A stretch of 64,000 nucleotides of DNA, from NCBI GenBank assembly GCA_963774265.1, contig CAVZDU010000002.1, positions 608,001 through 672,000 on the forward strand. Direction: 5' to 3'. Source of the stretch: an uncultured Chloroflexia bacterium (GTDB lineage: Bacteria; Chloroflexota; Anaerolineae; CG2-30-64-16). The notes beneath the pieces were generated by a model, which ran no database searches, was not told the DNA's origin, and was given only the letters and a program-made list of their open reading frames with translations. Of the stretch, positions 50,881 to 62,227 are shown piece by piece. Numbering within the stretch: position 1 is the stretch's first letter; each line of letters starts with the position of its first letter. The position numbers were made by a program, and so were the translations under genes.

Positions 50881-53821
50881 ATGCCACACCTGAGGCTATT
50901 GCGAACGATCATTTCCCTTTCTGTCATGCTCACGGCCTTGCTCGTTGCTGCCGGGATCGCCCTGGCCGCCCAGGGCGGCGGTCAGGATCCACTGGAGATG
51001 TACACAGCGACCGTAAATCGCGGTCAGGCCGCCAAGCTGGCCCGAGAGGGCTACGATGTCTCCGCCACACGCAGCGTCCCTGGCGGGGTCGAGATCGATC
51101 TGGTCCTCTCCGCGGCGGAGGCTGCGAGACTAAGAGGCCAGGGCGTGCCGCTTGATGTGAAGAGGAATCGCGACGGCAAAACCGCGAGGCAACTCGCCGC
51201 CGAACAGGCCGCCGCCGGCTACACCGTCTGGCGCTCCTACGATCAGCCCGGTGGTATCCGCGACGAGGTCTACCAAATCGCTCAGCGCAATTCACGCATA
51301 GTCAAGTTAGAGGTGATTGGCCATACCTTGCAGAACCGTGAGATCATTGCTCTCAAGGTTACAAAAGACGCGAACCGCACCACCGATGGCACACGACCGG
51401 CGGTGCTTTACAGCGCCGCGCAGCATGCGCGGGAGTGGATCTCGGTCGAGGTCAACCGGCGCCTCCTGCACTACTTCGTAGACAACTACAGCAAGGACGC
51501 GAAAGTGACAAACCTCGTCAACGCCCGCGAGCTGTGGTTTGTGCTCGTCGCGAATCCGGACGGTTACCAGTACACCTTCGACACCGAGCGCCTGTGGCGC
51601 AAGAACCTGCGCGACAACGACGGCGACGGCCAGATCACACAGGCCGACGGCGTCGACCCGAACCGCAACCTCGCCGAGCACTGGAACTACGACGGCGAAG
51701 GCTCCTCGGCGCACTTCTCAGCTGACGACTACCGCGGCACCGGCCCTGCCTCCGAACCGGAGACGCAGGCCATGCAGGGGCTGCTCGACCGGCTTCGCTT
51801 CAAATTCATGGTCAACTACCACTCGTATGGCCAGCTGCTGCTCTACTCCTTCGGCTGGCAGGCCCAGACGCCATCGGCCGATAACCCGATCTTTCTCGCG
51901 CTGTCGGGGACGGATGCTAACCCGGCGATCCCCGGCTTCGATCCGGGCGTTGGGGCCGACCTCTACGCGACGAATGGCGAGACGACGGATTACGCGCATG
52001 CTCGGGCTAACACGCTGGCCTGGACGCCTGAGCTCGGTGAGGGCATCCCGGGGAGTGGCTTTGTCTTCCCCGACGATGAGCAGTTGATCCAGCAAGAGTT
52101 TCTCAACACGCTCCACTTCGCGCTCGATGTGGCGAAGTCGGCCGCCAATCCGGCCCAACCGGTATCGCACTTGGGCAACACGGTCAAGCCGTTTTACCTC
52201 GAGATGGCGTCGATCGAGCCTGAGTTATCCGGGAACCCGCAGGGGGACTTCCGCTTCGCCGTCTCCTACGGTGACCCGCAGACCGTTCAAGTGCTAGCGG
52301 CTCGCTCACTTGGGAAGGTGACGCTGAAGTACCAGGTAAATAACGGCCCCGTGCAAAGCGCGCCAACGACCGAGTGGGATGGGGGCGAGCGATTCGGCAG
52401 TTCCGGAGATGTGTACTACCACATCATGCGTGGGCAGGTGAAGGGCACCCAGCCGGGCGATAGCGTGAAAGTCTGGTTCGAGGGCGGCAGGCAGGCGAGC
52501 GACTCGTTCACCTACGTCGCGCAGGTTGAATCGAATGCGCGGGTGCTGGTGCTCGCTGCCGAGGACTACAGTGGCGTCTCGCCCGTCTACAAGAAGAATA
52601 ATGCGCCCAACTACCTGTCCTACTACCTGGACGCGCTCGCGGCGAACGGCATCGCCGCCGATGTATACGATGTCGACGCGAACGGGCGCAAGGCGCCGAG
52701 TCTGATTGGCGTTTTGAGCCACTACAAAGCGGTCATCTGGTACACCGGCGACGATATCATCACCCGCGAGCCCGGGATGGTGCCGGGAACCGCTTCACGC
52801 CTGGCCAACGACGAGATGCTCGCGGTGCGCTCGTATCTAAACGAAGGCGGGCGACTGCTCTACACCGGGAAGTACGCCGGCTTTGACAACGCCTCCGGGT
52901 ATGAGTTTCAGCACGAGACCAACGCGCCGTGCGATCCGAATGATAGTGGTGAGGATGGCTGCCTGGGGCTCACAGATGATTTTCTACAGTATTATCTGGG
53001 CGCCTACGCGTACAACGACGGAGCCGGCACGCAACCGAATGGCAAGCTCTACGATGTCATCGGTGCTGACAATCCTTTCAGCTCATTGAGTTGGTCATTT
53101 TACGTGTACTCGCAGATCGCCGACGTCTCGTGCAAACGACTGGCGCGCGACCATCGATCTGACCGGCCAGACCTCCGGCAATTTGTCGTTCTGGATCTCA
53201 CACGATTCTGAGCAGGACTGGGATTTCGTGTTCGTCGAGGCCCATACGGTCGGGCAGGACAACTGGACGACTTTACCTGACCTGAACGGGCACACGAGCC
53301 AGAGCACCGGTCCGCAGGATCCGAATCTGGCAAGTTGCCCGGCTGGCTGGCGCGATTTGCACCCCTTCCTCGACCACTACCAGACGCTTAATGCCGACCT
53401 CACCTGCTCGCCGGCGGGTACAACCGGCGTTTGGAATGCCGTATCGGGCAAGTCGAACGGCTGGGTGCAGTGGTCCGTCGATCTCTCCGCCTATGCCGGG
53501 CAGCAGGTGGAGGTTTCGATCGCTTACGTCAGCGACTGGTCAATCCAAGGGCTAGGTGTCTTCGTGGACGACACAGTCGTCTCGGTAGGCGGGGCGACCT
53601 CCTTCGAGGATGGGCTGGGCGGCTGGAGCGTGACCGGGGCGCCGGTCGGTAGCGCGCCGAACGCAAACGACTTCATCCGGGCGACTGTTGACGCTTTCCC
53701 CGAGGGCGCGGCGATCACGACCGATGACGCGATCTACTTCAGTTTCGGCTTCGAGGGCATTTCGCGACCGGACGCACGGAACGCGGTCATGGGTAGCGCG
53801 ATGGGATATCTGCTTCGCTAG
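50881..53821 (+). CDS. Secreted M14 zinc carboxypeptidase with C-terminal immune-inhibitor-A-like beta domain (extra base near 53149)
   Basis: Signal peptide; QHAREW, NPDG, RKN, GVDPNRN, YHSY, TPEL; tail EQDWDFVFVE...DLSAYAG. Confidence 0.88.
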
Positions 53822-53924
53822 CTGGCGCCAGAGGTCACGCTGGAGGTTTCGAGGGGCTGTCTGAGTGACTAAATGCGTAACACAGTTCCTGACACATTCG
53901 CTGCCCATTCTGAGATAGTGCTAG

Positions 53925-53950
53925 AGGAGCGGGCCTTTGAGCCCGCTCCT
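53925..53950. terminator. Hairpin between convergent genes
   Basis: AGGAGCGGGC-CTTTGA-GCCCGCTCCT. Confidence 0.55.
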
Positions 53951-53998
53951 GACATTGCATTTGCATCCGCCTCACTTAGTGTAGGGCTTGACGCGTTC

Positions 53999-54799
53999 TC
54001 AGTTGAGGAAGCTCGTCACCCACTCGAGAACCTTGGGGCGATCCACGCGCGCGGAGTAGGTGACGCCTGAGCAGTTACCGTTGGTCACAAATGAGTTGAC
54101 ACCGAGCACCGTGGCGGTGCCGCCGAGCAGGTCGGGGCCGCCGGAATCGCCGAAGCAGGTGCCGCCCTTATCCTTGGCGGGGTTGGCCGTCAGCTTGAGG
54201 TAGGTGTCGGCGAAAGTAAAGTTGGCGGCAACCAGCTGGGTCGGGGCATAGAAGCGATTTCGAAGCCCGGCCCAGACCTGTCCCGGACGGTTCTGGTACT
54301 GCACACCGTAGCCCACCAGATCCACCGCTGCCTTGTTCTTCAACGTATCGACCACACCTGCGGCAGGCAGTTCGCCGTAGACGCTCACGACGCTGGTCGG
54401 CACAGGCTCAGTGAGGACAACCACGCCGACGTCATCGGTGCTGAAGCCGGGCAGCCCGTTGCCGCAGCCGATGCAGAAGCCCGGATAGGTGTGGGCCACA
54501 CCGTTGTAAGAGGTCGCGCCGCTGAAGGGATACTCCGCATTGTCTTGCACGAGCTCGTCGAACCACACGCGCGCAGCGGTTGCGCCGTCGGTGCAGTGTC
54601 CGGCGGTCAGGACGAGCGTGGGGGTCAGCAGAGTGCCGGAGCAGCGCCATGTCGGCACGCCGTCCACATCAAAGACGAGCAGCCCCACATAGGGATGGTT
54701 TTCCCCATCAGGCTGGGGGTTGCCGGTGACTGCGCCTGCCATGCCGACGCTAGTTAGCAGCAAGGCGAAGACGGCCAAGACGATCAGAGTGCGTTTCAT
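53999..54799 (-). CDS. Secreted trypsin-like (S1) serine protease
   Basis: Signal peptide, CSGTL, LTAGHC, DVGV, CFGDSGGP. Confidence 0.9.
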   Translation of the reverse strand: MKRTLIVLAVFALLLTSVGMAGAVTGNPQPDGENHPYVGLLVFDVDGVPTWRCSGTLLTPTLVLTAGHCTDGATAARVWFDELVQDNAEYPFSGATSYNGVAHTYPGFCIGCGNGLPGFSTDDVGVVVLTEPVPTSVVSVYGELPAAGVVDTLKNKAAVDLVGYGVQYQNRPGQVWAGLRNRFYAPTQLVAANFTFADTYLKLTANPAKDKGGTCFGDSGGPDLLGGTATVLGVNSFVTNGNCSGVTYSARVDRPKVLEWVTSFLN

Positions 54800-55091
54800 C
54801 TGGTTTTCTCCTTTCTGTTTCTCGCGCGAGACATATGACCGGGGGTTGGCGTAGTGAGAAAGCGGCCGGCTTAGCCAATAATACCGCTTTCGCTCGAGTT
54901 TCGCAAGGGTCCGGGATTCCAATGTGATCGTTGAGTGATAAGGTCAGGGGGTGACCGATGTCCCGAATCGGTTACGCTGACAGGCCTGGCTCGAGCCGAG
55001 CAGGGCAAAGGTGGTAAAATAGATCCGGGCCCCGCGGCCCACAGTTTTCTTCGGAGAAGTCCCACATCGCGTGGGCGCAAAGGAGTTCGCA

Positions 55092-55535
55092 ATGGGCAAC
55101 GACGTGGCATCTCAGTTCGTCGGCACCTGGTGGCTGATTCGGTACTCCGCCACCACCCCGGACGGCGCAACCACCTACCCGTTCGGCCGGCACCCCCAGG
55201 GCCGCCTAATTTATGAGGTCAACGGCCGCATGGCCGTCCAACTCGCGCATCCCGGCCAGGCCGCGTTCCGTTCTGGCGATCCTCGCGCCCCGACCGCCGC
55301 CGAGGCGCAGGCCGCGTACGATCGCTACCTGGCCTACTACGGCACATACACGGTGGACCCGGATAAGGGAATCGTCGTGCACCATCTGGAGGTCTCACTG
55401 ACCCCGAACTGGACAGGGAGCGACCAGGTCCGTCATTTTAAGCTGGATGGCGACCGGCTGACTCTCACGACTCCGCCGACGTTTTTTGGGGGCGTTGAGC
55501 GAGTAACGACACTGATCTGGGAAAGGATGCCGTGA
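55092..55535 (+). CDS. Lipocalin-like domain protein
   Basis: FVGTWWL, YPFG..PQGRLIY, YLAYYGTY, PNWTG..QVR; RBS AGGAG. Confidence 0.85.
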   Translation: MGNDVASQFVGTWWLIRYSATTPDGATTYPFGRHPQGRLIYEVNGRMAVQLAHPGQAAFRSGDPRAPTAAEAQAAYDRYLAYYGTYTVDPDKGIVVHHLEVSLTPNWTGSDQVRHFKLDGDRLTLTTPPTFFGGVERVTTLIWERMP

Positions 55536-55719
55536 GCGAAGGCGGCCTTCGCACTCCACAGGCGGAGCGCACGACAGCCGAGGCAAGGGACGGGCCGGTG
55601 GGCGAAAGTGAAAACAGAGTGGTGGCTCCCAAGTATTGCCCACAACATGAAGGAGTTGGCGGCCGCGTGGACCGCTTTTTCCTGCTCTTCTTTCGTCGCT
55701 CCAATGGCTCGCCTGGCTC

Positions 55720-56769
55720 TCAGCCGATTCTTCGCCTGACGGCCTCATCCAGATCGTCCAGGATCGAGTAGATCGAGACCCCTTCGTTCAACACATACAC
55801 CGTAACCGGATCACCCTCGATGATCTCCTGTGGTGGAACCAGCTTTTCGTCTGCCTCTATGCTGGCATGGTGTAACGCCACAACCCTCCACTCGTCGTCG
55901 CAGACGGGCGAACCGGAGCCACCGGGTTCGGTATCGGTCTGGTAGCGCAGGAAATCCCTGGTCGCACCCATCTGCACGAAAAAGTTGTTGCGGATGGCGA
56001 ACTTCAATTCTTCACCGCGCGGATGCTGCACGATGTTGAGCCGATTGCCGCGCTCAAGCCTGGGTGGCGGTTGCGCGATCCGCAGCGGCTCCCGACCTGC
56101 CAGCTTGTCCGATTCTGCCAACTCGACGATGGCGTAGTCCAGTTCTTCATCCTGGCCCAACAGGCGACCACCAACGCACTCAACACATCCATTGCGGTCT
56201 TCGTAGAAATCGAACCAGGCCACTACTTCCTCGGCCTGCTGTTTGAAATCCGCGGCCTTCGCGGCACCCTCGCCCAGTCCATAGGGTCGCGGGCGATGGT
56301 CACGGGCTTCGATCACATGATGGTTGGTGATGAGGATGTTCGGCGCGATGAGCCATCCAGTGCCATAGAAGCACTCGCGCCGCCTAACGCCGTTAAAGAT
56401 CCGGGGCACTGCCAATCGAGCGACGCTGCCGGCGACGCTCTTGGCCTTGATGATGAAACGATAAGGCAAGCGACAGTCGCGCTGGCGCCCGAAGAGCAGA
56501 GCTTCCTCTTCACCTGCCGGAAGCGGTCTGGGTTTCGGCTGCAGGCTGCCCCCGGGACTCGCATCGTAGACCTCGCGCAAGATCTTCAGTTGTTCCGCGG
56601 AGAAGATCTGGGGTAACTGCCGCAGCGTCAAGCCATAGGAGTTGAGAAGGTATCTGCGCTCGAGGGCGATGCCTGCCACCTCACGGAGAAAGCTATCGAG
56701 GTTGTCCCTGCGCTTTCCCTTTTGAAGCAAATCCTCTGCAATCGACCTGATACCCTCTGTAGCATTCAT
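55720..56769 (-). CDS. Cytoplasmic trypsin-like/V8-type serine protease with a helical N-terminal domain
   Basis: GTGWLI, TNHHV, LDYAI, VQHPRG, DTEPGGSGSPV, VVALHH; no signal peptide. Confidence 0.82.
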   Translation of the reverse strand: MNATEGIRSIAEDLLQKGKRRDNLDSFLREVAGIALERRYLLNSYGLTLRQLPQIFSAEQLKILREVYDASPGGSLQPKPRPLPAGEEEALLFGRQRDCRLPYRFIIKAKSVAGSVARLAVPRIFNGVRRRECFYGTGWLIAPNILITNHHVIEARDHRPRPYGLGEGAAKAADFKQQAEEVVAWFDFYEDRNGCVECVGGRLLGQDEELDYAIVELAESDKLAGREPLRIAQPPPRLERGNRLNIVQHPRGEELKFAIRNNFFVQMGATRDFLRYQTDTEPGGSGSPVCDDEWRVVALHHASIEADEKLVPPQEIIEGDPVTVYVLNEGVSIYSILDDLDEAVRRRIG

Positions 56770-56783
56770 CCGACACCTCTATA

Positions 56784-57413
56784 TCAACCTGGTACCGCCA
56801 GACGCAGAATAAGATTCAAAAACACCTGCATCATGCCCACTCGATCCTCGTACGGTTCGACTGATTCCAGAACCTTCAAGATCATGTCTGCTGTAACGGT
56901 TTGCGGAAACCCGCCGCGGAGGACAGAGCATAGCTGATTTCGCTCCATACAGTGGCGCGATGCAACCAACTGCATTGTATCGTCATTGAACTCCGGCATG
57001 TCTGACTCAGGCGCTGGCGTGTACGGAATTGCCACATCGTCCATTATGCGCCAGAGCACCCATTCCCGTTCCTCATCAACGAAACCAAAGACCAGGTCCC
57101 GAAGGATCTTAGCTGCCTGTTCCGGAGTCTTCCGCTGCAGGATGATCATTTTCAGGTTGCCTGCGACTACCTGCTCAAGCATGTTTGCGATCTTCTCGCG
57201 TTTGTCCTCAGGTATGTCGCGACCGTCAACGACATTTGGATTCTTGATGCCGGGAGCATCGCACTTCTCGATCAACTCCCGCATGAGCTCCGTCTGGTCG
57301 GCCTCGCTTCTCGCACCGATGAAATCGGCGATCGCAGTAGCATGCCTGATGCGAGTTCTGCATTGGCTGCCCAGTAATCGCACGAATTGCTCGACAGTCC
57401 TCTCGTCAGCCAT
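56784..57413 (-). CDS. Hypothetical protein
   Basis: 209-aa ORF with RBS AGGAGG, 14 bp upstream of the protease; no recognised motif. Confidence 0.6.
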   Translation of the reverse strand: MADERTVEQFVRLLGSQCRTRIRHATAIADFIGARSEADQTELMRELIEKCDAPGIKNPNVVDGRDIPEDKREKIANMLEQVVAGNLKMIILQRKTPEQAAKILRDLVFGFVDEEREWVLWRIMDDVAIPYTPAPESDMPEFNDDTMQLVASRHCMERNQLCSVLRGGFPQTVTADMILKVLESVEPYEDRVGMMQVFLNLILRLAVPG

Positions 57414-57781
57414 TTGATCCCTCCTGTTATGGCCAAAGCCTCAGCCCGTCTCCCTGCGGGAATCGCTTGCAGATACTTAGGACCGGGTGGCTGCCGTGAG
57501 GAGTGTAGGACTCTGGTGGAGCGATCGGGGCGGCGGCAACGGTTGGATGGCGATCGTTGCCCGCCTGGCGAAGAGATGGTTTGGCACCAGATACCGCGAA
57601 GTGCGATGGACGCAGACCACATAAATGTTATAGGTCATTCGCAAACAAATGTCAAGGCTTCCGCAACTTGACCTCCAGCAGACAGACACAGTTGACGCAA
57701 CTCGGTTTTGCCGCGGTAGGCGCAGGTTTCACTGCCGGTGCGTGCTCGTTGCTGCAACATGAAATCGCCCTGCGAAGTTAT

Positions 57782-59047
57782 CAGGGCCATTCAGTTCTCG
57801 GACAAGCGTAGTGTTTTGGGCTGAGCAGGCTTGAAATCAAGGGCAAGGAAGGCAGAGTATCGCCTCATCAGAAAAGAAACCACAGCCGAGGTGATGCTAT
57901 GCCTGCGCCGATTATTCCCTTGATCGAAGTTCTTGTCGAGATTCCCGACTTCCGAAAGAGCCGGGGGAAGCGTCACACACTGTCTGCCATCCTGGCCTTG
58001 GCTTGTGCCGCGACGCTCTGCGGCGCTCGCAGCTACAGTGCGATGGCCGAGTGGGGCCGGAACTACGGTCCAGCCCTGGCACAAGCCTTGGGTTTCCGCC
58101 ATGCCAAGACGCCTTGCGCTGCGACGTTGCACAGCGTGTTTCGCCAGTTGAATGTTGAGCTATTCGAAAGCAAGTTGCGCCAATGGGCTGAATGCGTCTT
58201 GACCGCCTACCCATGCCGTCAGAATCAAGACGAGGCCATTGCCATTGACGGCAAGACCCTGCGCGGCAGCCAGAAACAAGGGGCGCCAGGCACGCATTTG
58301 CTTTCAGCACTCAGCCATCGGCTGGGTCTGACACTGACGCAGCAGGCGGTTGACGACAAAACGACTGAAATGTTCGCCATTGAGGATCTCTTGGATGCCC
58401 TGGTGCTCAAGGGGCGGGTCGTCACCGTCGACGCACTGCACACCCAGCGCTTCACCGCCCAGACGATCCTCGATTGGGAGGCGGACTATGTCATGATCGT
58501 CAAAAACAACCACCCGGAGATGCTGGCCGATATCCGGCTCTTGTTTCAAGAACTGGCGGTCGTGGCTGACACGGTGACCCGGGCGGAGTCAGTGACGGCC
58601 GGTCACGGCCGCATCGAGTGCCGCCAACTGATTGCCAGCACGGCGTTGGCTGATTATCTGCATTGGCCGGGTTTACAGCAGGTCTTCCGTTTGGAGCGTA
58701 CCGTCACCATCAAAAAGACCGGCAAACAGCGTCACGAAGTCGTCTACGGTATGACCAGTCTCGCCGCCGATAAGGCGGATGCTACCAGAGTGTTGCGCCT
58801 TGTACGCCAACATTGGTCCATCGAAAACCAATCGCATTGGGTACGGGATGTCACCTTTGATGAAGATCGGTCGCAAGTGCGCTGTGGTTCCATCCCGCAA
58901 ACGATGGCCGCTTTGCGCAACGCCGCCATCGGCCTGCTGCGTCTGACAGGACACACTAACATCGCTGCGGCCACCCGTCGATTTGCAGCTCAACCCTGGG
59001 CCGCGGTTGCCTTACTCGGCATCAAGTGCGAAAACTGAATGGCCCTG
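57782..59047 (+). mobile_element. ISAs1-family insertion sequence
   Basis: IRs CAGGGCCATTCAGTTCTCG / CGAAAACTGAATGGCCCTG (18 of 19 match); no TSD visible. Confidence 0.9.
57899..59038 (+). CDS. ISAs1 transposase (intact ORF)
   Basis: IAIDGKTLRGS, VDALHTQ, GHGRIE, HWSIEN, RDVTFDED. Confidence 0.93.
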   Translation: MPAPIIPLIEVLVEIPDFRKSRGKRHTLSAILALACAATLCGARSYSAMAEWGRNYGPALAQALGFRHAKTPCAATLHSVFRQLNVELFESKLRQWAECVLTAYPCRQNQDEAIAIDGKTLRGSQKQGAPGTHLLSALSHRLGLTLTQQAVDDKTTEMFAIEDLLDALVLKGRVVTVDALHTQRFTAQTILDWEADYVMIVKNNHPEMLADIRLLFQELAVVADTVTRAESVTAGHGRIECRQLIASTALADYLHWPGLQQVFRLERTVTIKKTGKQRHEVVYGMTSLAADKADATRVLRLVRQHWSIENQSHWVRDVTFDEDRSQVRCGSIPQTMAALRNAAIGLLRLTGHTNIAAATRRFAAQPWAAVALLGIKCEN

Positions 59048-59066
59048 GCGTATGACATAACTCATA

Positions 59067-59094
59067 TTGACGGTTACGGATCGTTGTCTATAAT
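59067..59094 (+). promoter_or_regulatory. Sigma70-like promoter
   Basis: TTGACG-16 bp-TATAAT upstream of the lipoprotein gene. Confidence 0.55.
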
Positions 59095-59283
59095 GCAGAT
59101 GGCCTCGTCTCCACTCGACGGCGCGTTTTGCGGGCCGCTGGCTGATGTCATATGGCACCATGTCGCAGTCTTCGACTGGGGAGGAGAAGCTGGTCCGTCG
59201 AGACCAGTGGCGGCAAGGACAAAGTGGGCTAAAAAATCCGCGGCTATCGAATGAAGAACTTCACTCTGCGCAAGGAGGGGAAA

Positions 59284-60618
59284 ATGAAACTCGACCTAAG
59301 ATCATGGGGGATCGTTCTCGTAGTGATTGCATGTCTTCTGTCTAGTGCAGCCTGCCAAGGCCAACCGGCCGTGAATATCAACTCAGGCCCTAGCCCCACT
59401 CCCAGTTTCGCAAACTCGCCGGAAGGTGCTGTCAGGGCGATGCTTAACACGATCGAGCAACAGGATGCTAATCGCTATCTGGATGCGATTGACCCGATGC
59501 TCCGCGCAGAGCCGAACTATTTCTTCAAGGACGCCTTGATAAAGGGCATCCAATCCTACCTGGGCTTGCAGGGAGTTGGTGACCTTAGTCGGGTTGCCTT
59601 CCGAGAGGTTGAGCTCAAGACTCGGAGTAGTAGCGACAATCTGGCCGTTGTCGATGCATCAGGGAAGGTCCGAAACCTCGCAGTGGCAACAGAAACTGCC
59701 TTTGCGGGAGAGTTTTATGTCAGAAGGGTCGATGGAATCTGGTACGTTTCTGACCCCGGCACTGTCGCCCCGTCGACAGTTGAGGCGCCCCAAGGCGCCG
59801 TCTGGAAACTCATTCCAATCTCGATTGAAGCCGAACCTCGTGCGAATGGTTTTCTCGGCTACCATGTAGTTCTCATGCTGGAGAACCAGGGCAGCAAAGG
59901 AGAACGGGCGGAAATCGACACGGGTGCTGGCATTTTGGAGACTGAGGAGGGTTTCACCTACCCAGTCGATTCGCTGCGCTACTCATCCACTCTAATCCCT
60001 CCTGGGTTTCGAGTGAGAGGCGATTGGGGCGAGTACGCTTCGGGTACGATGGAACTGTGGTTCAAAGCCGTGGAAAAGGCTCATCCGACCAAGGTGGTGC
60101 TGGAAGACCATAGCACGGTCGACATCGGAGGAGTGCTCAAGACCAGTCCAAGTGGGAGCGGGCGCAGTTGGGGCGGTGTAGGGATTGCCGACCTACGGCG
60201 GCTGTCATTTCCGACAAGTCGACCGAATAGCGACTTTCTGGACACAGGCTTGGCGGTCCAAGTCCTGCCAGACGCAAAGGTAACATTCAAGAATGCACGA
60301 CGCGCAGGCGTCAGTTCCATGGGTCTTAGCGGACATGCTGAGGGCCTAATTGTGGATGTCGAGTTCCAGAATGAGAACCAGGGGTACGCCAGGGATGTCA
60401 ACGCCTCGTGCGTTCTGTTCGATGGCCTTGGTCTGACTCGCACTAGTCTGGTTAGCGCCTCCACTGGGGCTGGACCGGGTCAAACAGTCACAACACAGAT
60501 AGGCTACTACTTCGGAGATTGCGACGACGATGAGGAGAGGCTGAAGGCTGCTCTGACTAGGGCCAAACTTGTTTGCAGCGGCGATTTCGAGGCGATTGTC
60601 AACATCGAGGTCCGCTAG
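59284..60618 (+). CDS. Hypothetical lipoprotein
   Basis: Signal ending SAAC; SPEGAVRAML...GIWYV NTF2-like segment followed by beta-rich domains. Confidence 0.65.
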   Translation: MKLDLRSWGIVLVVIACLLSSAACQGQPAVNINSGPSPTPSFANSPEGAVRAMLNTIEQQDANRYLDAIDPMLRAEPNYFFKDALIKGIQSYLGLQGVGDLSRVAFREVELKTRSSSDNLAVVDASGKVRNLAVATETAFAGEFYVRRVDGIWYVSDPGTVAPSTVEAPQGAVWKLIPISIEAEPRANGFLGYHVVLMLENQGSKGERAEIDTGAGILETEEGFTYPVDSLRYSSTLIPPGFRVRGDWGEYASGTMELWFKAVEKAHPTKVVLEDHSTVDIGGVLKTSPSGSGRSWGGVGIADLRRLSFPTSRPNSDFLDTGLAVQVLPDAKVTFKNARRAGVSSMGLSGHAEGLIVDVEFQNENQGYARDVNASCVLFDGLGLTRTSLVSASTGAGPGQTVTTQIGYYFGDCDDDEERLKAALTRAKLVCSGDFEAIVNIEVR

Positions 60619-60727
60619 CCCGTTCTGCCACTCCTGGTGTCGTGTCGCGATTAGGGAGTTGCGGCCAGCGGTTGCAAGCCTTTAGACCTGTCTGTGCAGA
60701 AAGGCGTGCTTTCTTCCCCTAATGAAA

Positions 60728-60839
60728 TAAGGGATTCATGGGGCGCGGCTCGGACGCGAACACTCCCGGAGCGACGGATGGTCGATAGGACCACAACCTA
60801 CCGCCCGAGAGCAGCGCGAGCCGCCCCATAATCTGTATT
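60728..60839. other. Long imperfect hairpin at the downstream end of the IS91-like element
   Basis: GATTCATGGGGCGCGGCTCG pairs with CGAGCCGCCCCATAATC with single bulged bases; apical GGTC-GATAG-GACC. Confidence 0.65.
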
Positions 60840-61119
60840 GAACTGAGCCGGTTAGCTCAGAGCGGTCCCATTTGAGGTTTCAAGCAGTCCGTTGCAGGAG
60901 TGATTGTCCGGCCGCGGTGGCCGTTTGAGGCAGGATTTCGGTCTCCACAGTGGCGTTTCCTCCGCACAAAGTCGTCGGTACAGACGGCCGTTGGCTTTGC
61001 ATTTCGGTCCTTGGACGTTTGCTGCACGGTAGACGCTCTCACTGCCGTTGACGGCAGGCATGACCAAGCCCTGGTCCTGTTTCTCATATCCAGCACCAGT
61101 CCGTCAGACGACCCTCGAT

Positions 61120-62227
61120 TCAGACGTTCTTCGCTTCAGGCGGGCAGCGGCTCCTCGGCCGCAGGGTGCTGACCAACCGCATCGGCTTGCCGCAGATGGG
61201 ACACTGCAGATCAGTGGTGGGTAAGGGCTGAGCCGACGGCTGCTGGTCTTGCTCGAGCCGGAGTGGCCGCGCCGGGCAGCAACTGCTGCACCTTGCTCAG
61301 CGCTTCCCGTTGGTTGGGGCTGATAGAAGCCATAGTAGCGGACCTTGGCTGAAGCCCTTGGGCAGCACATGCTGCAGGAAACGACGGATGAACTCCTCGG
61401 CGCTCAGCGGTGCAGGTCTTGCGTTGGCCGCTCCGGGCATCCGTGTAGCCGAAGGTCACCTGGTCATCTTCCAGACTCAGGATGCGCCGGTTGCTAATTG
61501 CGACCCGGAAGATGTAGGGCGCCAGATACTTTAAAGCCCCAGCGCCGTTGCCAACCGGCTGGCAGTGGACCACCCAGTCCTGCGTCCAGACTTCAGCCGG
61601 GACCTGTGCGAAGAACTCCGTCTGTCGCAAGGCATCCCGAAACTTGGCCCGAAAGAGCACCGACAAGGCCCGCACGGGCAGGAGGAAATCCTCGCGCGCC
61701 GGTCGCCAGGCACTGCCATCGGGAGCCAAGCCGCCCCCAGGCACCACGTAGTGGACATGCGGATGGTAGATCAAGGCGCGGGTCCAGGTGTGGAGCACGC
61801 CGACCATGCCCAGGGTGCCGCCCACGAAGCGCGGGTCCTGGGCCAGTTGCTGCGCAGCCGCGGCCGAGGCGCGAAAGAGCAGCCCGTAGACCAGCTTCTG
61901 GTGACTGCGCGCGACCTCGCGCAGTTCTTCAGGCAAGGTGAAGGTGAGCAGAAAGTAGGGGACCGGCAAGAGCAGCGCTTGCTGCTGCTCCAGCCACTCT
62001 TGCCCGGCCGCGTTCTGGCACTTGGGACAGTGACGATTCTGGCACGAATGGTAGCTGTAGCGCTTCTCGCCGCACTCGGGACACTGGTAGACTTGTCCGC
62101 CCAGCGCTTCGGTGCGACATTGCTCGATGTCCGTCATCGCGTCCAGGTGGCTGGGCGGCATGCGCGCCCCGTACTTCTCCCGGTACTCGGGACCGTAGCG
62201 GCGAAAGATCTCGGCCAGCTCTACCAC
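61120..62227 (-). CDS. IS91-family (HUH, Y2) transposase, frameshifts near the C-terminus
   Basis: Zn-binding CPEC...SCQNRHCPKC, HPHVH (HUH), YLAPY, FLQHVLPKGF, KVRYYGF. Confidence 0.9.

Noticed and set aside
60730-60860. Group II intron domain V/VI
   Set aside because: No catalytic triad in a 34-nt DV hairpin and no reverse transcriptase; better explained as the IS91-element end
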